From: a virus
Reading direction: 5' to 3' (one strand)
DNA: 39,401 nt
Virus genome (UHGV): UHGV-0067872
Positions 8,243 to 16,801 of the stretch are shown here, in pieces. The notes under the pieces were generated by a model. It was not told where the DNA came from, ran no database searches, and saw only the letters and a list, made by a program, of their open reading frames with translations. Positions within the stretch are counted from its first letter, which is position 1. The number at the start of each line of letters is the position of its first letter. Position numbers and translations under genes: made by a program.

Positions 8243-8287
8243 CGCTCTTTAACAGTCATGGTCATCATTCCCGCCGAAATGCGGGAA
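8243..8287 (+). promoter_or_regulatory. nutR (boxA CGCTCTTTA plus boxB hairpin TTCCCGC-CGAAAT-GCGGGAA)
   Basis: Read directly between cro and cII; hairpin identical to nutL. Confidence 0.55.
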
Positions 8288-8344
8288 TACAACGCGCATA
8301 AGTTGATGCGCATAACTTCTTATTTGTTAAGGAAATACTTACAT

Positions 8345-8638
8345 ATGGTTCGTGCAAACAAACGCAACGAGGCTCTACGAATAGAGAGTGCGTTGCTTAA
8401 CAAAATCGCAATGCTTGGAACTGAGAAGACAGCGGAAGCTGTGGGAGTTGATAAGTCGCAGATCAGCAGGTGGAAGAGGGATTGGATTCCAAAGTTCTCA
8501 ATGCTGCTTGCTGTTCTTGAATGGGGTGTCGTCGACGACGACATGGCTCGATTGGCACGACAAGTTGCTTCGATTCTCACCAATAAAAAACGCCCGGCGG
8601 CAACCGAGCGTTCTGATCAAATCCAGATGGAGTTCTGA
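8345..8638 (+). CDS. cII: cII transcriptional activator
   Basis: From ATG 8345 the protein MVRANKRNEALRIESALLNKIAMLGTEKTAEAVGVDKSQISRWKRDWIPKF... matches lambda CII as I remember it; the track ORF 8258.. is an upstream extension. Confidence 0.9.
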   Translation: MVRANKRNEALRIESALLNKIAMLGTEKTAEAVGVDKSQISRWKRDWIPKFSMLLAVLEWGVVDDDMARLARQVASILTNKKRPAATERSDQIQMEF

Positions 8639-8670
8639 GGTCATTACTGGATCAATCCACAGGAGTCATT

Positions 8671-9516
8671 ATGACAAATACAGCAAAAATACTCAACTTC
8701 GGCAGAGGTAACTTTGCCGAACAGGAGCTAAGAGTGGCTGATATCGATGATGGTTACACCAGATTCGCTAACGAGCTGCTGGAAGCTATCGCAAGTGCCG
8801 ATTTAACCGCTCGCCAGTTGAAAGTTATGCTGGCCTACGTCCGGAAAACATATGGCTTCAATAAGAAAACAGATCGAATAGCCGATGAGCAAATTGCTCA
8901 GTTAACAGGACTGTCAAGGCAGAATGTTAACAAGGCTAAAAAAGAACTGATTTCAATGAATTGCCTGTTTATGGATGGAAATAAAATCGGTGTAAACAGG
9001 GAGGTATCTGCGTGGCAATTCAGCAAGTGTCTCCAAGTTAGCAACTTTGTCTCGAAGTTAGAGACAAAAAATGTCTCCAAATTAGAGACACTCAATGTCT
9101 CGAAGTTAGAGACACACAAAAGACATTCTTTAAAGACAAAAGAAAATATTAATAAACCCCCTATATCCCCCAAAAAAGTTTCTCAGAAGTTCGACCCGCT
9201 AGAAACAGAGTTACCTGATTGGTTATCAGCAGAAACATGGTTGTCGTGGGTTACCTATCGCAAGGAGATAGGTAAGTCGATCAAGTCTAAGCAAAGTGTC
9301 ACTCAGGCTATCAACGTTCTAAGCAGAAGTCTGGAGAAGGGATATACACCTGAAGAAATTATAAACCAGAGCATCGCCAGTGGTTGGCAGGGGATTTTTG
9401 AGCCCAAGACTCCAAAGGGGAAACCTCAACCGAGGCCGCAGCATCGAGCTATGCAGGAAAACTTTGCCGCCAAAGATTACGGACAAACTGAAATGCCTTC
9501 ATGGGCGCAGGAGTGA
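8671..9516 (+). CDS. O: Replication initiator O
   Basis: N-terminus MTNTAKILNFGRGNFA as in lambda O; iterons embedded mid-gene. Confidence 0.85.
   Translation: MTNTAKILNFGRGNFAEQELRVADIDDGYTRFANELLEAIASADLTARQLKVMLAYVRKTYGFNKKTDRIADEQIAQLTGLSRQNVNKAKKELISMNCLFMDGNKIGVNREVSAWQFSKCLQVSNFVSKLETKNVSKLETLNVSKLETHKRHSLKTKENINKPPISPKKVSQKFDPLETELPDWLSAETWLSWVTYRKEIGKSIKSKQSVTQAINVLSRSLEKGYTPEEIINQSIASGWQGIFEPKTPKGKPQPRPQHRAMQENFAAKDYGQTEMPSWAQE
9028..9115 (+). repeat. Origin iterons: four copies of palindromic TGTCTC-N7-GAGACA, followed by an AT-rich tract
   Basis: Copies at about 9028, 9049, 9072 and 9097; AT-rich stretch 9130-9175; encoded peptide repeat VSKLET. Confidence 0.7.
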
Positions 9517-9518
9517 AT

Positions 9519-10412
9519 ATGAATACGACAAATGGTTACAACCTGGCACTGCAAAGGCAACTTGTAGACTCAAAAATCAATGACATTTCTGATCTGAAAC
9601 AGAAACTTGAGTTTAGCAAAATTGGATCAGCATCAGATGGAATGTCAGTTACCAGCACAGTGGAAGAGTGCGAGAAACACGGTAAATATACTTCCTATGA
9701 GAAATATCTGACCATCTCAGGAAAAAGAATTACTTCAAGTAAATCTGAGTGCCCACAGTGCCTTGAGGAGAAAATTCGTAAGAAAGAGATTGAACGTGAG
9801 CAGGCAGAACAAAGAGCAAGACAATCAAAAATTGAATACTTGTTGAATTCTCTCAATATTCCAGAGAGGTTCAAAAATTGCACTCTTCAGAATTATGAGC
9901 CTGTTAACGATGATGCAAAGCGAGTTCTTAAGGTATGCCAGGCATATGCCAGTAAGTGGCCTGAACGCCTTCAAAAAGGTGGCGGACTGGTCATGTGTGG
10001 TAAGCCTGGAACTGGAAAGAACCATCTTGCACTGGCTATCGCTAGGCACGCCATTATCGAGCATCAAAGCTCTGTGATATTTACCACTGCGTTGAAAATT
10101 GCCAGAGAGTACAAATCAACATGGTCTAAGGCCGCAACCAGAACTGAAGAAGAAGTCATTAGGCAATTTACGCATCCTGACTTGTTAATAATCGATGAGG
10201 TTGGCGTGCAGTTCGGCAGTGATGCTGAAAAGCTAATCATGTTCGAAATTATCAACACCAGATATGAATACATGAAGCCAACAATCCTGATTAGTAATCA
10301 GAGCAAAGATGAACTTTCGGCATTCATTGGTGAGCGTGTTATTGACAGAATGAATGATGGCGGCGGGTGCACTCTTGCGTTTACATGGGATAGTTACAGG
10401 AGCAGATCGTGA
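9519..10412 (+). CDS. DnaC/IstB-like AAA+ helicase loader
   Basis: Walker A VMCGKPGTGKNHLALAIA; ATG 9519 with GGAG upstream (track start 9501 is an extension). Confidence 0.85.
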   Translation: MNTTNGYNLALQRQLVDSKINDISDLKQKLEFSKIGSASDGMSVTSTVEECEKHGKYTSYEKYLTISGKRITSSKSECPQCLEEKIRKKEIEREQAEQRARQSKIEYLLNSLNIPERFKNCTLQNYEPVNDDAKRVLKVCQAYASKWPERLQKGGGLVMCGKPGTGKNHLALAIARHAIIEHQSSVIFTTALKIAREYKSTWSKAATRTEEEVIRQFTHPDLLIIDEVGVQFGSDAEKLIMFEIINTRYEYMKPTILISNQSKDELSAFIGERVIDRMNDGGGCTLAFTWDSYRSRS

Positions 10413-10699
10413 CTGGAAAAGAAATCATCCTGGAATATCTGAAAACTCATGAACAATTCTCCCCACATGAATTAGCACTGATCACAGGAATACCAAATAA
10501 CAGAATCGCTCAAGCAGCAAGGCATATGGTGAAACAAGGGCATTTGAGTGTTGTTGAGCGTAAGTGGAAGACGGTTATTTATGCAAAACGCAAAGTGAAG
10601 AAGGAGCCAATTAAAAGAAATCCAGATGGTACGGGGTGGGGATGTGCAAATCCAATGACGGCGTTTATTAATAGGGCGCTTATGGAGGTAAGGCAATGA
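10409..10699 (+). CDS. Hypothetical protein (96 aa)
   Basis: GTG start overlapping loader stop; no recognised domain. Confidence 0.4.
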   Translation: MTGKEIILEYLKTHEQFSPHELALITGIPNNRIAQAARHMVKQGHLSVVERKWKTVIYAKRKVKKEPIKRNPDGTGWGCANPMTAFINRALMEVRQ

Positions 10700-10771
10700 C
10701 CATCTACATCACTGAGCTAATAACAGGCCTGCTGGTAATCGCAGGCCTTTTTATTTGGGGGAGAGTAAATC

Positions 10772-10978
10772 GTGGCTGAGTTGATTTTCTCTGCATTGAG
10801 GCTTCTCGGTGCTCTGTGGATGGTGGCGACGTTCATTGTGGTTGCTGGCTGTTTTGTCCGGTTGGTAGGCGAAGGTAAAGACCTGGGGAATATGCTTTTA
10901 GGTAGCATTTTCCTGTGGGGGATTATCGGTGTTATGCCTGTCGCTGTAGCAAAAATGGCGTGGCGTTTTGTGAGTTGA
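10772..10978 (+). CDS. Small hydrophobic protein (68 aa)
   Basis: Two hydrophobic helices; GTG start; weak. Confidence 0.35.
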   Translation: MAELIFSALRLLGALWMVATFIVVAGCFVRLVGEGKDLGNMLLGSIFLWGIIGVMPVAVAKMAWRFVS

Positions 10979-10995
10979 ACTGAGGGTAAGTATCG

Positions 10996-11307
10996 ATGGA
11001 CGAATCAAGAAAGCAGTTTGAAGAATGGTTTGAAAATTACACCGGATGTGATCCTAAAAATAAAATATACGCCAATATGGTTGAGATGTATTGGCAAGCG
11101 TGGCAGGCATCGCGAGCAGCTATTGAACTGGATATCGACTGGCCCGAATCGAATGACGACTTTTGGAAAGATGGTGAAGAAGGTGCTTATGCGATGGGGC
11201 ATGAGGATGGGAAGGACAAAACGGTAATTGCAGTAATGAAAGCTATCAGAGCCGCTGGAATTAAAGAGAAGAATTTCGATGAAGCAAACAATCTTCCTCC
11301 GAACTAA
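10996..11307 (+). CDS. Hypothetical nin-region protein (103 aa)
   Basis: ORF upstream of ninB; acidic; unknown. Confidence 0.45.
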   Translation: MDESRKQFEEWFENYTGCDPKNKIYANMVEMYWQAWQASRAAIELDIDWPESNDDFWKDGEEGAYAMGHEDGKDKTVIAVMKAIRAAGIKEKNFDEANNLPPN

Positions 11308-11689
11308 GCAACAACAGCAAGCTGCAATAAATGCCATCCTCGCAACACCACTCGATAAAGACAAGCCAGTCACCATCCGCATTACTGACTACAAGCGCAA
11401 CCTTGACCAGAACGCAAAATTTCACGCGATGGTCGCAGATATCGCTAGGCAAGTTAAGTGGCGCGATAAATGGTTAAAACCGGAACAATGGAAGGTTTTG
11501 TTGATCAGCGGTCATGCAGTGGCTACAAAGCAGGAAGCTGATGTTTTGCCCGGCCTTGAAGGCGAATACGTCAACATTCGCGAAAGTAGCGCGCAGATGA
11601 GTGTGAAGCGTATGGCAAGTCTGATTGAGTACACGACAGCATGGGCTATTGGTCAGGGCGTCAGATTTACCGACAGGAGGTACGAATGA
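11279..11689 (+). CDS. ninB: NinB (Orf) recombination mediator
   Basis: Motifs [22 protein letters not shown] and order before ninE/ninF match lambda NinB as I recall it. Confidence 0.8.
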   Translation: MKQTIFLRTKQQQQAAINAILATPLDKDKPVTIRITDYKRNLDQNAKFHAMVADIARQVKWRDKWLKPEQWKVLLISGHAVATKQEADVLPGLEGEYVNIRESSAQMSVKRMASLIEYTTAWAIGQGVRFTDRRYE

Positions 11690-11862
11690 GACGACAGCGA
11701 CGAAGTATCACCGACATAATCTGTGAAAACTGCAAATACCTTCCAACGAAACGCTCCAGAAATAAACGCAAGCCAATCCCGAAAGAATCTGACGTAAAAA
11801 CCTTCAACTACACGGCTCACCTGTGGGATATCCGGTGGCTAAGACATCGTGCGAGGAAATGA
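11686..11862 (+). CDS. ninE: NinE-like small protein
   Basis: Internal ATG at 11686 (ATGA overlap with ninB) gives [30 protein letters not shown]..., matching my memory of lambda NinE. Confidence 0.5.
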   Translation: MRRQRRSITDIICENCKYLPTKRSRNKRKPIPKESDVKTFNYTAHLWDIRWLRHRARK

Positions 11863-12224
11863 CAATGGATTATTCACAGTTAAGTGATTTTGAAATTAAC
11901 GTGGCGGTATTCGAAGCCATTCATAACGGATCACCGGATTACAAAGAAGGTGAGAATGGCGCGATGGTGTTTATCTCATTTGAGGGAGACATTGTAAACG
12001 GAGACGCAGTTGAAGTAGAAGTTGAGCGCGGATCATTTAACCCATGCGTAAACCCAGCAGACGCATGGCCGATTATTGAAAAATACAGGATTAGCATTAT
12101 CAATCTCGATGAAGACGAGTGGGGTGCACGCGGTGCGGCCTACTGTAAATCTAAGCGAGCTATACATGAAAATCCCCTCCGCGCCGCCATGATTGTCTTT
12201 CTCATGATGCAGAGAATCCAATAA
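11859..12224 (+). CDS. Hypothetical nin-region protein (possibly DUF2591/NinX-like)
   Basis: ATG 11859 overlaps preceding stop; family assignment tentative. Confidence 0.45.
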   Translation: MTMDYSQLSDFEINVAVFEAIHNGSPDYKEGENGAMVFISFEGDIVNGDAVEVEVERGSFNPCVNPADAWPIIEKYRISIINLDEDEWGARGAAYCKSKRAIHENPLRAAMIVFLMMQRIQ

Positions 12225-12403
12225 TGCTTAGCCCATCCCAATCCATTCAATACCAGAAAGAAAGCGTCGAGCGGGCTTTAACGTGCGCTAACTGCGGTCA
12301 GAAGCTGCATGTGCTGGAAGTTCACGTGTGCGCCGATTGCTGCGCAGAACTGATGAGCGATCCGAATAGCTCAATGTACGAGGAAGAAGACGATGGTGAT
12401 TAG
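12224..12403 (+). CDS. ninF: NinF-like zinc-ribbon protein (59 aa), absent from the ORF track
   Basis: Hand translation [59 protein letters not shown]; CxxC...CxxCC motif. Confidence 0.55.
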   Translation: MLSPSQSIQYQKESVERALTCANCGQKLHVLEVHVCADCCAELMSDPNSSMYEEEDDGD

Positions 12404-12785
12404 CCGATACGGACAAATAACGTTTAAACATTTTCAAGACAATCCAACATGGGCTGCTGCGGCTGGATATGACTTTAATTATTTTGATTGTCTGTCAGTC
12501 GCATGTATTGCAACTACCAATGTTGCTAACAACATAATCGATGAATTCTTGGATTTTCCAGACTATCAGGTCAGAGAGTTGCCTGCATTTTTTGTGAAAG
12601 TATCTGTTGCTACAGCTCTGTTATTTATTTTGTTATTCGCATATCCATTGCTTGCCGTATTTGTTTATGTGAGATGCAAACACTCACAAAAGGAATACAG
12701 CGGAGAGCATACCGATATTACCAGCCAAAATATGCGAGTGTGGTTGAGGAGATGCCAAGAGAAATGGGGGAGACGTCATGGCTAA
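12393..12785 (+). CDS. AT-rich membrane-anchored hypothetical protein (130 aa)
   Basis: Coupled to both neighbours by overlaps; one strong hydrophobic helix (ATALLFILLFAYPLLAVFVYV); AT-rich relative to flanking nin genes. Confidence 0.45.
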   Translation: MVISRYGQITFKHFQDNPTWAAAAGYDFNYFDCLSVACIATTNVANNIIDEFLDFPDYQVRELPAFFVKVSVATALLFILLFAYPLLAVFVYVRCKHSQKEYSGEHTDITSQNMRVWLRRCQEKWGRRHG

Positions 12786-13068
12786 CCTACGCAAAGAAGC
12801 GCGCGGCAGAGAATGCCAGGTACGTATTTACGGCGTATGCAATGGTAATCCTGAAACTACAGTTCTGGCACATTACCGGATGGCTGGAATTTGCGGAACG
12901 GGAATGAAACCTGACGACCTGATCGGCGCATGGGCTTGTAGTGACTGCCACGCGGAGATCGACCGACGCACAAGGATTCTCGACAACAAAGACGCCAGAC
13001 TTTACCACCTCGAAGGCGTGATAAGGACGCAGGCGATACTGCTGAAGGAGGGGAAGATTAAGCCATGA
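12778..13068 (+). CDS. YbcO-like (DUF1364) putative nuclease
   Basis: MANLRKEARGRECQVRIYGVCNGNPETTVLAH...CSDCHAEIDRR resembles E. coli DLP12 YbcO as I recall it. Confidence 0.65.
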   Translation: MANLRKEARGRECQVRIYGVCNGNPETTVLAHYRMAGICGTGMKPDDLIGAWACSDCHAEIDRRTRILDNKDARLYHLEGVIRTQAILLKEGKIKP

Positions 13069-13427
13069 ACGAATATCAGTTTGTGCTTCCATACCCGCCG
13101 TCGGTGAATACCTACTGGCGAAGACGGGGAAGCCAATACTACATCAGCGATAAAGGCCAGAAATACCGAAAAGACGTTCAGCAAATCATCCGCCAACTTA
13201 AGTTAGACATTTTCACCAAATCACGACTCCGCATCAAAGTCATCGCAGACGTTCCAGACTCCCGCCGCCGCGACCTCGATAACATCCTGAAAGGTTTACT
13301 CGACTCCCTTATCCACGCCGGATTTGCGGAAGACGACGAGCAATTCGATGACATTCGCGTAATTCGTGGTGTGAAAGTACCAGGCGGACGGCTTGGAATA
13401 AAAATCACCGAACTGGAGAACGTATGA
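13065..13427 (+). CDS. rusA: RusA Holliday-junction resolvase
   Basis: RusA-like motifs (RRRDLDNILKGLLDSL, GGRLGIKITE) and size. Confidence 0.85.
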   Translation: MNEYQFVLPYPPSVNTYWRRRGSQYYISDKGQKYRKDVQQIIRQLKLDIFTKSRLRIKVIADVPDSRRRDLDNILKGLLDSLIHAGFAEDDEQFDDIRVIRGVKVPGGRLGIKITELENV

Positions 13428-13612
13428 ACGCCACAATTCAAACGATACCAGAGCTTCTTATCCAGACACGAGGCAATCAGACCGAAGTGGCGAGGATGCT
13501 TTCCTGCGCAAGAGGAACAGTGCTCAAGTACAACCGAGACAGCAAAGGCGAGCGTCACGTAATAGTTAACGGCGTCCTGATGGTCAAACAGGGCAAGAGG
13601 GGAAGACCATGA
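13424..13612 (+). CDS. ninH: NinH-like protein
   Basis: TIPELLIQTRGNQTEVARMLSCARGTVLKY parallels lambda NinH. Confidence 0.65.
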   Translation: MNATIQTIPELLIQTRGNQTEVARMLSCARGTVLKYNRDSKGERHVIVNGVLMVKQGKRGRP

Positions 13613-14232
13613 GACTCGAAAGCGTAGCTAAATTTCATTCGCCAAAAAGCCCGATGATGAGCGACTCACCACGGGCTACGGCTTCTGACTCTCTTTCCGG
13701 TACTGATGTGATGGCTGCTATGGGGATGGCGCAATCACAAGCCGGATTCGGAATGGCTGCATTCTGTGGTAAGCACGAACTCAGCCAGAATGACAAACAA
13801 AAGGCTATCAACTATCTGATGCAATTTGCACACAAGGTATCGGGGAAATACCGTGGTGTGGCAAAGCTCGAAGGAAATACTAAGGCAAAGGTGCTGCAAG
13901 TGCTCGCAACATTCGCTTATGCGGATTATTGCCGTAGTGCCGCGACACCGGGCGCAAGATGCAGAGATTGCCACGGTACTGGCCGGGCCGTTGATATTGC
14001 CAAAACAGAGCAGTGGGGGAGAGTTGTCGAGAAAGAGTGCGGAAGATGCAAAGGCGTCGGTTATTCAAGAATGCCAGCAAGCGCTGCATATCGCGCTGTG
14101 ACGATGCTAGTACCAAACCTTACCCAACCCACCTGGTCACGCACTGTTAAGCCGCTGTATGACGCTCTGGTGGTGCAATGCCACAAAGAAGAGTCAATCG
14201 CAGACAGCATTTTGAACGCGGTCACACGTTAG
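13609..14232 (+). CDS. Q: Late antiterminator Q
   Basis: 207-aa protein MRLESVAKFHSPKSPMMSDSPRATASD... matches lambda Q as I remember it. Confidence 0.9.
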   Translation: MRLESVAKFHSPKSPMMSDSPRATASDSLSGTDVMAAMGMAQSQAGFGMAAFCGKHELSQNDKQKAINYLMQFAHKVSGKYRGVAKLEGNTKAKVLQVLATFAYADYCRSAATPGARCRDCHGTGRAVDIAKTEQWGRVVEKECGRCKGVGYSRMPASAAYRAVTMLVPNLTQPTWSRTVKPLYDALVVQCHKEESIADSILNAVTR

Positions 14233-14274
14233 CAGCATGATTGCCACGGATGGCAACATATTAACGGCATAATA

Positions 14275-14317
14275 TTGACTTTTTGAATAAAGTTGGGTAA
14301 ATTTGACCCAAGAATGG
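14275..14317 (+). promoter_or_regulatory. PR' late promoter with qut element
   Basis: -35 TTGACT (14275-14280), 17-bp spacer, -10 TAAATT (14298-14303), then AAGAAT pause-inducing -10-like element. Confidence 0.6.
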
Positions 14318-14995
14318 CAGATTTATATCCGTTCACATTCTTTCAGCTTTTACCCACCTCATCTTTAAGTTCTAAGCGCACTGACATGCGCATCATAAAC
14401 TCGAGAGCACATAGGAATAGAGCCTGAGAAATATCGCTTTTGGCGACTTCTCTCGTGGTGATATTTCTATGTCAGCAGGCTCTAATATCTATGTGGTTCG
14501 CCTATGTTAAAACGTGAAGATGCATTGAGACTTTTTAATTACAATCCAGATACTGGAATTCTTACATGGAAGAATCCACCTCGGTCCTCTAGATTTATCT
14601 ATGGCGCTGTTGTTGGCTATAAAACAAATGGATATCTGCAGGTAAAACTTTATGGAATGCGGCTATATGTCCATAGAATTGCATGGCTGATGGTTTACAA
14701 TGATTGGCCAACCGATGTTATTGACCATATTAATGGTGATAGGTCTGATAACCGGATAGCCAATCTTCGTGTTGTTACTAACACTCAAAACTCATGGAAC
14801 AGCAAGATGAGGAAAAACAATTCATCTGGTGTGAAGGGGGTGACTTTTAATTCTGCTGCAAACAAGTGGGTTGGAAGAATTAGAGTTAATGGTAAAAGGA
14901 TTCATGTAGGGTGTTTTGACGATATCGAGGAGGCTAGAAAGGCAATGGAAAATGCCAGGATAAAATATCATGGTGAATTCTCCAGTATGGGATAG
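14318..14995 (+). mobile_element. Freestanding homing-endonuclease cassette inserted into the PR'/6S leader
   Basis: AT-rich block between the PR' initial transcribed region and the 6S-like sequence resuming at 14996; ATGG microhomology at both junctions; contains the HNH ORF ending exactly at the right junction. Confidence 0.5.
14504..14995 (+). CDS. HNH endonuclease with AP2 DNA-binding domain (homing-endonuclease-like)
   Basis: HNH motif HINGDRSDNRIANLRVVTNTQNSWN; AP2-like GVKGVTFNSAANKWVGRIRVNGKRIHVGCFDDIEEARKAMENARIKYHGEF. Confidence 0.85.
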   Translation: MLKREDALRLFNYNPDTGILTWKNPPRSSRFIYGAVVGYKTNGYLQVKLYGMRLYVHRIAWLMVYNDWPTDVIDHINGDRSDNRIANLRVVTNTQNSWNSKMRKNNSSGVKGVTFNSAANKWVGRIRVNGKRIHVGCFDDIEEARKAMENARIKYHGEFSSMG

Positions 14996-15125
14996 ATGGG
15001 TTAATTCGCTCGTTGTGGTAGTGAGATAAAAAGAGGCGGCGCTTACTACCGATTCCGCCTAGTTGGTCACTTCGACGTATCGTCTGGAACTCCAACCATC
15101 GCGGGCTGAGAGGTCTGCAAAATGC

Positions 15126-15186
15126 AATCCCGAAACAGTTCGCAGGTAATAGTTAGAGCCTGCATAACGGTTTCGGGATTTTTTAT
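15126..15186 (+). terminator. tR'-like rho-independent terminator (end of 6S-type RNA)
   Basis: Long hairpin AATCCCGAAAC...GTTTCGGGATT with nested GCAGG/CCTGC stem, followed by T6. Confidence 0.7.
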
Positions 15187-15210
15187 ATCTGTGCAACAGG
15201 TAAGAGCATT

Positions 15211-15609
15211 CTCCCTTATGGGGCTTGGCTTAAATGCACTGAGTGCTCTTATCGTTGTGGCAGCACAACGATAGTTTTCGTCAGAGTTGGCGACTTTGCG
15301 GGTTTTTAGAAACTGACCACAAAGATAAATGCAAACGATGATTTGATGTTGATGGCGGCCTAAGAAACCAAAATCACGGGGTCTTCCGACTCCCCGCTAC
15401 CAAATTCGGCGCACTGGCCCGGTGTGATTAATAATGGGCACCCATTCAAACGTACCCTCGGCAGGTTCGATTCCTGACTAGACCCAGATGGCGACGGGGA
15501 GGGTCCAATTGAGTGGGTAACAACGGGCATGTCGCCTTAGTAAATCCCTCAAGGGTGCGACGCATAGACCGGTACTAGCGTCGCCGTTAGCTCCACGAAA
15601 CGGAGCGCA
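15211..15609. other. ORF-free, GC-rich, hairpin-dense segment bounded by a 17-bp direct repeat
   Basis: Direct repeats CAACAGGTAAGAGCATT (15194-15210) and CAACAGGTAAGAGTATT (15610-15626); no ORF of 60 aa or more except one implausible minus-strand frame; perfect 10-bp-stem hairpin at 15250-15273. Confidence 0.3.
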
Positions 15610-16017
15610 CAACAGGTAAGAGTATTTGTAGAGTTCGACTCTCTACCGTGGGCTTTTTCCCGCGATGCGAGCCATAAATGCTCTTTCCGTTGTGCTGAAT
15701 TAAGCGAATGCCGGAAGCAGAACCGGATCACCAAATGCGTACAGGCGTCATCGCCGCCCAGCAACAGCACAACCCAAACTGAGCCGTAGCCACTGGTTAT
15801 CCTGAACTCATCAGTGATAGTTACGCTGCGGCCTTCTACACATGACCTTCGTGAAAGCGGGTGGCAAGAAGTTGCGCTAACAACCTCCTGCCGTTTTGCC
15901 CGTGCATATCGGTCACGAACAAATCTGATTACTAAACACAGTAGCCTGGATTTGTTCTATCAGTAATCGACCTTATTCCTAATTAAATAGAGCAAATCCC
16001 CTTATTGGGGGTAAGAC

Positions 16018-16341
16018 ATGAAGATGCCAGAAAAACATGACCTGTTAGCCGCCATTCTCGCGGCAAAGGAACAAGGCATCGGGGCAATCCTTGCGTTTGC
16101 AATGGCGTACCTTCGCGGCAGATATAATGGCGGTGCGTTTACAAAAACAGTAATCGACGCAACGATGTGCGCCATTATCGCCTGGTTCATTCGTGACCTT
16201 CTCGACTTCGCCGGACTAAGTAGCAATCTCGCTTATATAACGAGCGTGTTCATCGGCTACATCGGTACTGACTCGATTGGTTCGCTTATCAAACGCTTCG
16301 CTGCTAAAAAAGCCGGAGTAGAAGATGGTGGAAATCAATAA
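16018..16341 (+). CDS. S: Holin S (dual-start S107/S105)
   Basis: [34 protein letters not shown]... matches lambda S; tandem starts ATG-AAG-ATG. Confidence 0.95.
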   Translation: MKMPEKHDLLAAILAAKEQGIGAILAFAMAYLRGRYNGGAFTKTVIDATMCAIIAWFIRDLLDFAGLSSNLAYITSVFIGYIGTDSIGSLIKRFAAKKAGVEDGGNQ

Positions 16342-16801
16342 TCAACGTAAGGCGTTCCTCGATATGCTGGCGTGGTCAGAGGGAACAGATAACGGACGAC
16401 AGAAAACCAGAAATCATGGTTATGACGTCATTGTTGGCGGAGAGCTATTCACTGATTACTCCGATCACCCTCGCAAACTTGTCACGCTAAACCCCAAACT
16501 CAAATCAACAGCAGCCGGACGTTACCAGCTTCTTTCCCGTTGGTGGGATGCCTATCGCAAGCAGCTCGGACTGAAAGACTTCTCTCCGAAAAGCCAGGAC
16601 GCTGTGGCACTGCAACAGATTAAAGAGCGTGGCGCTTTACCGATGATTGATCGCGGTGATATCCGTCAGGCAATTGACCGTTGCAGCAATATCTGGGCTT
16701 CACTGCCTGGCGCTGGTTATGGTCAGTTCGAGCATAAGGCTGACAGCCTGATTGCAAAATTCAAAGAAGCAGGCGGAACGGTCAGAGAGATTGAGGTATG
16801 A
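16325..16801 (+). CDS. R: Endolysin R (lytic transglycosylase)
   Basis: [26 protein letters not shown]... matches lambda R. Confidence 0.95.
   Translation: MVEINNQRKAFLDMLAWSEGTDNGRQKTRNHGYDVIVGGELFTDYSDHPRKLVTLNPKLKSTAAGRYQLLSRWWDAYRKQLGLKDFSPKSQDAVALQQIKERGALPMIDRGDIRQAIDRCSNIWASLPGAGYGQFEHKADSLIAKFKEAGGTVREIEV

Noticed and set aside
8258-8344. N-terminal extension of the cII ORF (track gives a 126-aa product)
   Set aside because: The real cII start is the ATG at 8345 (MVRANKRNEAL...); the extension runs through the nutR hairpin and has no ribosome-binding site.
9028-9115. Regularly spaced repeats that could be mistaken for a short CRISPR array
   Set aside because: They are palindromic iterons inside the O gene followed by an AT-rich tract (a replication origin); spacers are not unique-length and there are no cas genes.
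8898-9173. 91-aa minus-strand ORF across the ori iterons
   Set aside because: Its repetitive peptide simply reflects the iteron palindromes read on the opposite strand; no start signals.
15464-15474. tRNA-like T-loop motif GGTTCGATTCC suggesting a tRNA gene between Q and S (as in Stx phages)
   Set aside because: The flanking T-stem has a mismatch, and no 7-bp acceptor stem, D-arm (AGCTCAG-type) or anticodon arm can be assembled around it; not called as a tRNA.
15211-15609. Possible group I intron (homing endonuclease nearby, ORF-free structured RNA)
   Set aside because: A GACUAGA-like stretch exists but I find no complementary P7 partner (UAGUC) or other core pairings; the HNH gene is a separate upstream insertion. 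Left as an unclassified structured segment.
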